Assembly (NCBI GenBank): GCA_938091745.1
Contig: CALLJK010000014.1
Location: forward strand, 16,331-80,330
Reading direction: 5' to 3'
Source: Candidatus Bipolaricaulota bacterium
GTDB lineage: Bacteria > Bipolaricaulota > Bipolaricaulia > RBG-16-55-9 > DRXL01
Length of the DNA: 64,000 bases
The notes under the pieces were generated by a model that saw nothing but the letters and a program-made list of their open reading frames with translations, was not told where the DNA came from and searched no databases. Below are positions 9,308 to 17,800 of this stretch, in pieces (position 1 is the first letter of the stretch; each line of letters opens with the position of its first letter). Both the position numbers and the translations under genes were made by a program.

Positions 9308-10864
9308 ATGATGCTTCGGGCGATCTTAGCTCTGCTTGCGGCTCTCTTGGCGTTGCTCAGTATGCCCGGCTATCTCTTTGGCGGGCTGATCTTTATCGCG
9401 CTCGTGCCGCTCTTCTTTGCTCTTGAGAAGAGCGTGCCACGTCAGGGGTTCTGGCTAGGATATTTGTGCGGGTTTGTGTTCTTTGCTCTGCTCTTATATT
9501 GGATCTACACGCTCTGGGACTGGGCTGGGGGGTTCACCGTCTTTGGCCATCTGATGCTGGCAGGGGTGTTGGCGTTGTGGTGGGGGCTGTGGGGCACAAG
9601 TGTTTGTCTCATGCAAAGGCGATTCCCTCACGCCCTAACGATTCCTGCTGTTTGGGTCTTCTTGGAATATTTGCGCTCACTGACGAAGTTCGGGTTTACG
9701 TGGGGTTTTTTGAGCGATGCCCTCTCTCAGTATCCCTCGCTGATTCAGATTGCTTCGCTGACAGGGACGTGGGGGATTTCGTTGCTCATCGTTCTTGTGA
9801 ATCTTCTTCTCTATCGCGCGCTGCGCCAGCGGCGTCTCTTCTATGGGGTATTCGCTATTGGGCTGATTGCGCTCGATTGGGGCTGGGGAGTCTATCAGCT
9901 GAGTCTCTCTCAGCCGCGGGGAGCGCCGGTGCGTATAGCCGTGGTGCACTCGAACGTCCTGCAGCGCGCCCGCAGCGATCCAGAACAGCTCTCATATATT
10001 CAGAATCTCTATCTCTCTCAGCTAGAGCACCTGCGCGCTGAAGAAGTTGATCTCGTGATTCTGCCGGAGTCGATTGTGCCGGCATATGTGCTCCGGCAGC
10101 CAGACCTTCTTCAGCCCTATCAAGAGCACGCGCAGCGCCTTGGTGCCGCGCTCATCGTAGGGACGATTGACTATCGCGACGGCAAGCTCTTCAATACAGC
10201 GGCTCTCATCGCGCCAGATGGGGAGATCGCTGATCTCTATGACAAAGTTCAGCTTGTGCCCTTCAGCACCGAGTATTTTCCGTTGATCGGGCTGCTGCGC
10301 CGTATAGAGAATCTGATCGGACCGTTACCGCTGGGGGCGCTCACGCCGGGGGAAAGGTTCCATCCTTTGGCCCTCACCCCTGACCCCTCTCCCGTGGCTC
10401 ACCCACGGGAGAGGGGTGGCATCAACCGGGGTGAGGGCCTTCGCCTCGCTACCCCGATCTGCTTCGAGTCGATCTTCTCTCACATCAGTCGAGCATTTGT
10501 CAGACATGGCGCCCAAGCCATAGCGATCATTACCAACGACGCCTGGTTCAAGGGCTCCAAAGCTCTCGAGCAACATTTTGCTAAAGCCGTCTTTCGCGCT
10601 GTCGAGACCGGACGCTACACCGCGCAAGCGTCCAACGGCGGTATTTCCGGGGTGATTGATCCCTACGGGAGAATTCTTACAGCAACGCGCTCTGAAAGAG
10701 AGCAGATCCTGCAGGAGACGATCTTCCTGCAGGATCACGCGACGCTCTACGTGCAGCTCGGAGATTGGGTCGTCTATCTGTCAGGGTTAGTTTTAGCGGG
10801 CATCATATTCGTTCCTGTGCTTGTGAGCTTCGTCACCGCGCCCGTCAAGAGAGAGACTTTATAG
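9308..10864 (+). CDS. lnt: Apolipoprotein N-acyltransferase (carries an in-frame palindromic-repeat insertion)
   Basis: 518 aa. N-terminal polytopic membrane domain plus C-terminal CN-hydrolase domain (RIAVVHSNV..., ...PICFESIF with catalytic Cys). Sits directly downstream of lgt/ccdA. Confidence 0.8.
   Translation: MMLRAILALLAALLALLSMPGYLFGGLIFIALVPLFFALEKSVPRQGFWLGYLCGFVFFALLLYWIYTLWDWAGGFTVFGHLMLAGVLALWWGLWGTSVCLMQRRFPHALTIPAVWVFLEYLRSLTKFGFTWGFLSDALSQYPSLIQIASLTGTWGISLLIVLVNLLLYRALRQRRLFYGVFAIGLIALDWGWGVYQLSLSQPRGAPVRIAVVHSNVLQRARSDPEQLSYIQNLYLSQLEHLRAEEVDLVILPESIVPAYVLRQPDLLQPYQEHAQRLGAALIVGTIDYRDGKLFNTAALIAPDGEIADLYDKVQLVPFSTEYFPLIGLLRRIENLIGPLPLGALTPGERFHPLALTPDPSPVAHPRERGGINRGEGLRLATPICFESIFSHISRAFVRHGAQAIAIITNDAWFKGSKALEQHFAKAVFRAVETGRYTAQASNGGISGVIDPYGRILTATRSEREQILQETIFLQDHATLYVQLGDWVVYLSGLVLAGIIFVPVLVSFVTAPVKRETL
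10369..10439. repeat. GC-rich nested palindromic repeat element copy A, inserted in-frame within lnt
   Basis: Outer inverted repeat GGCCCTCACCCC...GGGGTGAGGGCC encloses inner inverted repeat CCCCTCTCCCGT...ACGGGAGAGGGG. Same family as the copies at 19002-19114 and 54555-54602. Confidence 0.8.
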
Positions 10865-12021
10865 ATCTGATACGTCCCGTCTCTATCAGAGACGAACGCG
10901 ATCTCGGTACCGTTAGGGAGCCAGAAGGGATCGAACTCATTTGAAGTTGCGAGATTTGCCGTGCTCGACGACGCAAATGTATTGAGACTGACGATGCTTG
11001 AGCCGTCGGCGTTCATCACGAAGATATCTAAAGTGCCCGTCTGGTCGGACGTGAACGCGATTTTTGTCCCATCGGGTGACCAGCTTGGCGGCGAGGGGAG
11101 GTTAGTGATGGGCGAGAGCGCGCCATCATTGAAGCTCGGACGATTCGTGAGATTCGTCATCCCCGTGCCATCCGCGTTGACCTTCCAAATGTCAAGAGCG
11201 TTTGGGGCAGTGTCGTTAGTCGTCACGAAGATTAAGAGATTGGGGTTTGTGGGCGACCAGCGTGGGGCGAAGGCGTGCTTGGGGGTGACGGTCGTCAAAC
11301 GAGACTGATTGGTCCCGTCGGCGTTCATCGTATAGATTTCGTAGTTGCCGTCGCGATTGGTAGCAAACGCGATCTTCGTAGCGTCAGGCGACCATGTCGG
11401 CTGAATCTCCCAGCTGCCGGTCTGCTGGGTGAGGTTAGTTTGGAAAGTGCCGTCGGGGAGCATCTTGAAGATATCGAAGTCCCCAAATTGTGGAGGGTTG
11501 CCGAAGATGAGCGGAGCGCGGGCGAAGGCCACGTACTGGCGGCCGTTAGGGCTGAGAGTAGGCCAGGCGTCCATGCCTTGGAGAAAAGTGATCTGGGTCT
11601 GATTCGTACCATCAGCGTTCATGCGAAAGATTTGCGACATACCGCTACGATCGGATGCGAAGAAGATGCTCGTCTCCAGCACAGTGATAAAGAGCGCAAA
11701 CGAACTCTTCAGCCCACTGCTGTCGGTGACGGTCAGGACGACTGTGTAGAGACCCGGGGTAGTGTACGTATGGGTGGCTTTGACGCCGGTAGCGTCTGGA
11801 GTGCCGTCGTTGTCGAAGTCCCACTGGTACTGAGCGATAGTGCCGTCGGGGTCGCTTGAGCCAGAAGCGTCGAAGCTGACGGTGAGCGGGGCCTCACCGC
11901 TTGTCGGGGTGGCTGTAAAGAGAGCGAGCGGGGCTTGGGCCAGGGTGCAACCGCTCAAAGAGATCAAGAGCGCAATGAGCAGCGAGATTCGTTCAGGGCG
12001 TCGCGTCACGGATCGCATCAT
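10774..12021 (-). CDS. Lipoprotein with PKD domain and TolB-like (PD40) beta-propeller repeats
   Basis: Signal peptide with lipobox LSGC. PKD signature (TVSFDASGSSDPDGTIAQYQWDFDNDGTPD) followed by repeated ...ADGTNQ...SPDG... PD40-type blades. Confidence 0.65.
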   Translation of the reverse strand: MMRSVTRRPERISLLIALLISLSGCTLAQAPLALFTATPTSGEAPLTVSFDASGSSDPDGTIAQYQWDFDNDGTPDATGVKATHTYTTPGLYTVVLTVTDSSGLKSSFALFITVLETSIFFASDRSGMSQIFRMNADGTNQTQITFLQGMDAWPTLSPNGRQYVAFARAPLIFGNPPQFGDFDIFKMLPDGTFQTNLTQQTGSWEIQPTWSPDATKIAFATNRDGNYEIYTMNADGTNQSRLTTVTPKHAFAPRWSPTNPNLLIFVTTNDTAPNALDIWKVNADGTGMTNLTNRPSFNDGALSPITNLPSPPSWSPDGTKIAFTSDQTGTLDIFVMNADGSSIVSLNTFASSSTANLATSNEFDPFWLPNGTEIAFVSDRDGTYQIYKVSLLTGAVTKLTSTGTNMMPAKTNPDR

Positions 12022-12128
12022 AAATTCGTACCTCCTGAAGCCAGCCGTAAAACTTCCGTTGGACTATAGGGCAACCTAAAGAGATTAAGGAAGGAAAGCC
12101 GTCGGAGGGCAGGGGGAGGCTTTGTCTG

Positions 12129-12200
12129 CTTGCAAGATGACAGATGTCGCTATCTTGCATAAAATAGTCTTGAAACTTTGAGCCAATGAGTCTGTATATA
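12129..12200 (+). promoter_or_regulatory. Candidate ECF-type promoter with upstream 8-bp inverted repeat for the sigma/anti-sigma operon
   Basis: Inverted repeat TGCAAGAT(12131-12138)/ATCTTGCA(12152-12159). GAAACTT (12172-12178) resembles an ECF -35 (AAC). GTCTG (12190-12194) sits at the -10 position. RBS GGGAGG at 12213-12218 precedes ATG 12223. Confidence 0.3.
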
Positions 12201-12222
12201 CTCTTGCCCGAAGGGAGGTCGC

Positions 12223-12771
12223 ATGGGTGAGGGGGAGTTAGAATTGATTCAGCGGGCGCTCCACGGGGATGTGGACGCCTGGGGTGAAATCGTGAGACGC
12301 TACAAAGATGCAGTGTTTGGGATAGCTCTGGGGATCTTAGGCAATCCTGCCGATGCTGAGGATGCTGCCCACGACGCATTCATCCGCGCTTATGAGGGGC
12401 TGCATACATTTCATTTAGAGAAGAGATTCTCGACGTGGATCTTCGCCGTGACCGCGAACGTCTGCAAGAACAAGCTGCGGCGGGAGCGACTCTTCGCCCC
12501 GCTCAAATATATCTCGAAATTGACCAAGGGGAGCGATCCCGCACAGCAACTGGCTCAGCAAGAACGCACACGGATCATCCAAGAGTCTATTGATCAGCTG
12601 AAGCCGGCGTATAGAATGCCCCTGGTGCTACGCTACTATGCGGAGTTAGACTACAAAGAGATCGCAGAGGCCTTGGGGCTGCCCGAAGGGACGGTCAAGA
12701 CGCGGCTCCATCGAGCTAAGGCTGAATTGAGACGCATTCTGGAGCAGAAAGGAGTGACGGGCCATGCATGA
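12223..12771 (+). CDS. RNA polymerase ECF-type sigma-70 factor
   Basis: 182 aa. Region 2 (DAEDAAHDAFIRAYEGLHTF...FSTWIFAVTANVCKN) and region 4 HTH (DYKEIAEALGLPEGTVKTRLHRAKAEL). Confidence 0.8.
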   Translation: MGEGELELIQRALHGDVDAWGEIVRRYKDAVFGIALGILGNPADAEDAAHDAFIRAYEGLHTFHLEKRFSTWIFAVTANVCKNKLRRERLFAPLKYISKLTKGSDPAQQLAQQERTRIIQESIDQLKPAYRMPLVLRYYAELDYKEIAEALGLPEGTVKTRLHRAKAELRRILEQKGVTGHA

Positions 12772-13279
12772 ACACGAACTCGAGAGCTTATTGAAAGAGA
12801 CGCTGACTCACTACGTTGATGCCCATCGAGATCGGGTTGCTGATCTCGAATATGAGGTCATTGAAGAGCTTCCCACGAGTCGCCCAAACCCGCGCCCCCG
12901 CTGGAGCTTAATAGCAGCAGGGGTCGTGGCCGTCGCTGCGGTCTTCGTTGTTGGCTTATGGGTAGGGCTCAACTTTTTAGGGGCTCCTTGTCATGATCCC
13001 GATGTCTTATGCTTGGTCTACCCACAAGCGAAGAGCGTCAGCCTAGCAAGTCAGTTTACGTTATGGGAGCCTGTCCCAATGAATGGCCCAGACCGTAGTG
13101 GTGTCTGGTGGATTCGTCTTCCTAAAGACATTAAGCCCGGTCGGTACGAATACGGCTTTATCGTCGATGGCACGCGGTGGGTCTACGACCCGCGGGCGAC
13201 AGAGTTTGTGCATACGTTCGACGATAAGATCAATTCGGTGCTGTATGTTGTGCCCAAAGAGGGGCGTGAGCAACCATGA
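12764..13279 (+). CDS. Putative anti-sigma factor: N-terminal cytoplasmic segment, one TM, extracytoplasmic CBM48/AMPK-beta-like E-set domain
   Basis: Start overlaps the sigma gene stop (translational coupling). TM helix LIAAGVVAVAAVFVVGLWV. C-terminal RYEYGFIVDGTRWVYDP resembles the AMPK-beta glycogen-binding (CBM48) motif. Confidence 0.45.
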   Translation: MHEHELESLLKETLTHYVDAHRDRVADLEYEVIEELPTSRPNPRPRWSLIAAGVVAVAAVFVVGLWVGLNFLGAPCHDPDVLCLVYPQAKSVSLASQFTLWEPVPMNGPDRSGVWWIRLPKDIKPGRYEYGFIVDGTRWVYDPRATEFVHTFDDKINSVLYVVPKEGREQP

Positions 13280-13965
13280 AGCGCTTTATCACGATCGCAG
13301 CTCTGGTCTTCGGGCTAGTGGTGGGGGTCGTCATCGCTCAGCCGACTCCGGAGGACGTTTATAAATGCTTTGCGGAGCTGGGTGTCTCTGATCTGCAAGC
13401 GTTGCAGACGGCATTCGCTAAAGGCTTTGCTGATAAGCGCATTACTCCCGAGGTAGCGCTCCGACTCTGCCAGCGCCTAAAGCAGACTGCTGCACCGATC
13501 TCGCTGCGTGAAGGAGTTTTGCAAATCATTGGGCGCGCGCTCGTCGAAGAGCTGCCCGTCACAATGCTCGTCGACAAGGCCTTTGAGGGCTTGACGAAGG
13601 GTGTCCCGCTTGACGTCATCAACGACGACTTATTGGAGCGCAAGATGACCCTTGGTGAAGTGAAGACACTCCTCGCGAGCAAGGGCATCACCATCGGCTT
13701 GACGATTCGGTTTGGGACGATAACGCTGCAGCTCTCCCAAGACGCCGTGGACACAGCGATCACCGAAGCAGCAGGGGCGTTAGAAGACTACGTGCGTGGT
13801 GGGGGCAAGCTCGACGACGCCAATGCCATCAAGTCTGCGGTGCAATTGCGTCTGTCGCGTAACCCCCTGATCCCACAAACCCTGACAAGCTATATCGACC
13901 AGGTCGTCAGTGCTCCAGAGTGGGCGCAGATCGCCCAGAATATCGCGAAACGTTTGAAGAAGTAG
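13276..13965 (+). CDS. Hypothetical secreted protein
   Basis: 229 aa. N-terminal signal peptide (MKRFITIAALVFGLVVGVVIAQP). No recognisable catalytic motifs. Co-directional and tightly spaced with the flanking genes. Confidence 0.4.
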   Translation: MKRFITIAALVFGLVVGVVIAQPTPEDVYKCFAELGVSDLQALQTAFAKGFADKRITPEVALRLCQRLKQTAAPISLREGVLQIIGRALVEELPVTMLVDKAFEGLTKGVPLDVINDDLLERKMTLGEVKTLLASKGITIGLTIRFGTITLQLSQDAVDTAITEAAGALEDYVRGGGKLDDANAIKSAVQLRLSRNPLIPQTLTSYIDQVVSAPEWAQIAQNIAKRLKK

Positions 13966-13976
13966 AAAGGAGCTCT

Positions 13977-14798
13977 ATGCTCAGAGTGCTCATGGTTGTC
14001 CCGTGGTTGCTCTTTGTGGCTCTCTCGCTAATTCAGTGGGAAGAGCCAGGAATCCCGATCATGGCCGACCAGATTCTTTTGGCGGGTAAATTCTATCGTG
14101 TCGCGATTACTAGCATCGAAAGCGATCTCGCGAGGATCATCGAGCTAACAAAGCAGGCGGGCTTTTCTGTGCGGATTGCCCAAGGAACGACTGTAACGTA
14201 TTTTCTTGGGACGCAGCCGTGCCTCGACTGCACCCCGGAGAACGAGCGCGAGAAGCTCGTTTTCCCTCATCTCTTTGTCGATGGGGATCTTCTGTGGCTG
14301 CGCGCTGAGGGGATGCTCTCACAGTATAACGTGCGTCCGGCGCAGACCGACAGCTACGAATTGATTGTTGTCCCTAAGACGACCGTGAGCGCGTCGGCCA
14401 TTCTCGATGAGATTGGACAGAGATTAGCCAAGCTTGCGATTGTTTCTAATCCAGTGCTCCCTCTGGCGGTAGAAGAGCTGACCGTCGTGCCTGGGGTCAA
14501 GCCACCTAAGCCTCCCGAGGGCGTTCACTTAGATTCGGTGCTCTATGCGTTGATGCTCATGCCCGATTGGTACGAGTTTGCCCCGCAGAACAAATTAGAG
14601 CTCTGGGGCTTACGAGTACGAGTGATCGTCGAGTTAGTCTCTCCTGAAGCGCAGCTCGCCCCAACTCATAATATTATTGTAGAAGCGCGTTCGCCCTCAG
14701 GGCTGATGCGGGTGCTCGTGCCGATCCATCAGTTAGTGAGATTAGCGAGCGATCCTGCAGTGAAACTCGTCCGGCCCCCGTACCAGCCGGGGCTGTAA
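13977..14798 (+). CDS. Hypothetical secreted protein, possibly with protease-propeptide (I9)-like repeats
   Basis: ATG at 13977 preceded by AGGAG. Hydrophobic N-terminus (MLRVLMVVPWLLFVALSL). Internal segments (YELIVVPKTT...LAVEELTVVPGV) weakly resemble subtilisin propeptide folds. Confidence 0.4.
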   Translation: MLRVLMVVPWLLFVALSLIQWEEPGIPIMADQILLAGKFYRVAITSIESDLARIIELTKQAGFSVRIAQGTTVTYFLGTQPCLDCTPENEREKLVFPHLFVDGDLLWLRAEGMLSQYNVRPAQTDSYELIVVPKTTVSASAILDEIGQRLAKLAIVSNPVLPLAVEELTVVPGVKPPKPPEGVHLDSVLYALMLMPDWYEFAPQNKLELWGLRVRVIVELVSPEAQLAPTHNIIVEARSPSGLMRVLVPIHQLVRLASDPAVKLVRPPYQPGL

Positions 14799-14813
14799 AG
14801 GAGCTGAGAGACA

Positions 14814-17800
14814 ATGCGAAGACATCAATATCTCTTTTGGGTTCTCTGTGGAATAGTCTTAGTGTTGCTCGGCGCGGTGGGGCTGACTCAGGAGCCCTCG
14901 GATCCCAAGAGCGTTGCCCGGTTGGAGCACGATCCGAAGATTGACAGCGTGCTCGAGCAGATCTTTAAGCTCGCAGAGCAAGGGCAAGCCCAAGCAGCGG
15001 CCCAGGCGGCCTCGCAGTTTCGCGTCCCCGTCTCGGGCAACACGGCTATTGTGATCTTTCAAGTTCCTGAGAGCGTCAGCCGTGACCCTGCTGCTCAGGA
15101 TCTGCTGAAAAAACAAGTCGCGCTCGGAGGAGGACAAGTCATCGCCACATCGAAATATGCCTGGAAGGTCCAGGTCCCTATGAACTTAGGGCGGTTGCGT
15201 GCTTCTTTGGCAGCAGCTGGCAGCGTAGTCCAGTTCGTACGACCTCCGCTCGTCCCCCAAACTCTCGTGGTCAGCGAAGGGGTGGCCCTCACAGGGGCAT
15301 CGAATTATCACTCGATGGGCTTTCGCGGGCAGGGCGTCAAGATCGCCGTGATCGATCTGGGCTTTGCTGGGTTATCTGCTGCCCAGAGTCGTGGCGAACT
15401 CCCCGGTGGCATCCAGACGTTTGACTACACGGGTACGGGAATTGAGTCTGGAACGAATCACGGCACGGCTGTCGCGGAGATCATCTACGACATGGCTCCG
15501 CAAGCCCAGCTAATCTTGATGAAAGTCGGCGACGAAGTCGACTTAGAGAACGCCAAAGAAGAAGCGATTCGTCAGGGCGCGAAGATCATCAATCACTCTG
15601 TAGGTTGGTTCAACACGAACTTCTATGACGGCACGGGAATAGTGAATAATATCGTCGCGGACGCACGCAGCCGCGGAGTGCTCTGGGTCAACGCGGCAGG
15701 CAACTACGCGCGTCGCCACTGGCAAGGGACGTTCCGCGATACAAACTTCAACAAATGGCACGAGTTCTCCGGCGGCGACGAGTCTCTTTCTATCACCGTG
15801 AACGCTGGGGATCAGATCGGGGTCTTCCTCACGTGGAACGACTGGCCCCAATCAGCAAACGATTATGATCTGTATCTGTTCAACAATAACGGGACCCAAG
15901 TTGCAGCATCGCAACGCATTCAGTCGGGCACCGAACCCCCCATTGAGAGTCTCTTCTATCAGTCATTCATCCCGGGGACATTTCATATCCAGATCAAGGC
16001 TGACGGCAACCCCGCCCCGCGGACCTTCTCGCTCTTCAGCCTCAATCACGATCTCGAATACGCTGTCCCGTCCAATAGTATTATTGCTCCAGGGGACTCG
16101 CCCAATGCTCTAACCGTCGGCGCAGTGAACCGTCAAAACTGGACGACCGGCCCCATCGCTCCCTATAGCTCTCAAGGGCCAACGAATGCTGGGCTATCAA
16201 AGCCCGACATCGTCGGTCCGGATCGCGTCTCGACGTTCACGTACACGGAATTCCCTGGCACGTCCGCGGCAGCGCCGCACGTCGCCGGAGCTGCGGCGCT
16301 CCTGCTCTCCGAAAACCCAAATCTGACTGCAGGTCAGCTTGAAGCCCGCTTGAAGAGCGATGCAATCCCCATGGGGTCACCGTTGCAGTTTGGCTCTGGG
16401 CGGCTCAATCTCGCACAATCCAGCCCGCCTCCGGGCCAGCCCGATCTCACCGTGAGCGGCCTGACGTCTAGCCCATCTAATCCCCGCGTTGGGGATTTCG
16501 TCACCGTGAGCGGGATCGTGAGCAACATTGGGAATGCTGCTGCCGGGCCGTTCGTGATCGAGATTCGCGATAGTGGCGGCACCGACCGACGCACCGTTGC
16601 GGGCCTCAATGCCGGAGGCTCAACGAGCTTTTCGTTCACGCGTCGAGTCAATCAAACCACTGAGACGTTTGTCGTCGTCGCGGACGCGACGAACCAGGTG
16701 AGCGAATCGAACGAGACCAATAACTCTGCTGAGCTGCGCGTGACCGCGACGCAGCCCACGCTCAAGCCCGACTTGGCTATCGCCAGCACAGACTGGTCGC
16801 CGCGCACGCTCACCGTTGGGCAGAACGTCACGCTCTCTATCGTTGTGCGTAACCAAGGGCAAGCGAACGCCGGGCCGTTCATAGTAGAGATTCGCGACAG
16901 CGCTGGGACGGATCGTCAGACTCTGCCAGGCCTTGCCGTCGGCAGCACCGCCCCAGTCAGCTTCACCCGCAGAGTCAACAATACGACCGAGTTCTTCACG
17001 ATCACTGTCGATGCGACCAATCAAGTAGACGAACTCGACGAGACGAATAACTCCGTGCAGATTCGTGTAGATGCTCAGCCACAGGCGCCGCGCAAGCCCG
17101 ATCTTACGATTTCTGGAGTTGATTGGACACCGCGGGTGCCACGCCTGGGAGAGAACGTGAACTTCACAGTTGTCGTGCGCAACCAGGGCGACGGCAATGC
17201 TGGGCCGTTCCTCGTCGAGATCCGCGATAGCGCTGGCCAAGACCGACGAGCAGTCTCAGGGCTGAGTGCAGCAAGCTCTGTCTCGCTCTCGTTCACCCGA
17301 AGGCAGAATAACGCGACGGAGATCTTCACTATTACTGTTGACATCACCAATCAAGTAGACGAGTCGAACGAGACCAATAATTCGACGCAAGTGCGCATTG
17401 AAGCGCTAGCCGAGACGCGCTTGCCCGATCTGACTATAGACTCGCTCGATTACTCCCCACGCGACCCGTCAGTAGGCAGTACGCTCACGCTCACAGCTCT
17501 CGTGCGTAATATCGGGAACGCCGACGCTGGCCCGTTTGTCGTCGAATTGCAAGACAGCGTCGGAACGACCCGACAGACGCTTGCTGGGCTGCGTGCCGGG
17601 GCTTCGGTGCGAGTAGACTTCTCAAGGCGGCTCAACAGCTCTTCGGAGACGTTCACCGTCACGGCTGACGCCCTGCGCCAAGTCGCAGAGTCCAACGAGA
17701 CCAACAATAGTCGTCAGATCACGGTGCGAGCCTCGACGCCCAGCCAACTCTCGATCTCTATAAGCACCGACAAGACGAGCTATCGCATCGGAGAGAGATT

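Noticed and set aside
16437-17730. Periodic ~320-bp repeats, considered as a possible CRISPR-like array
   Set aside because: The units are about 320 bp, lie inside one long ORF, and are conserved at the amino-acid (CARDB) level. There are no short direct repeats with unique spacers.
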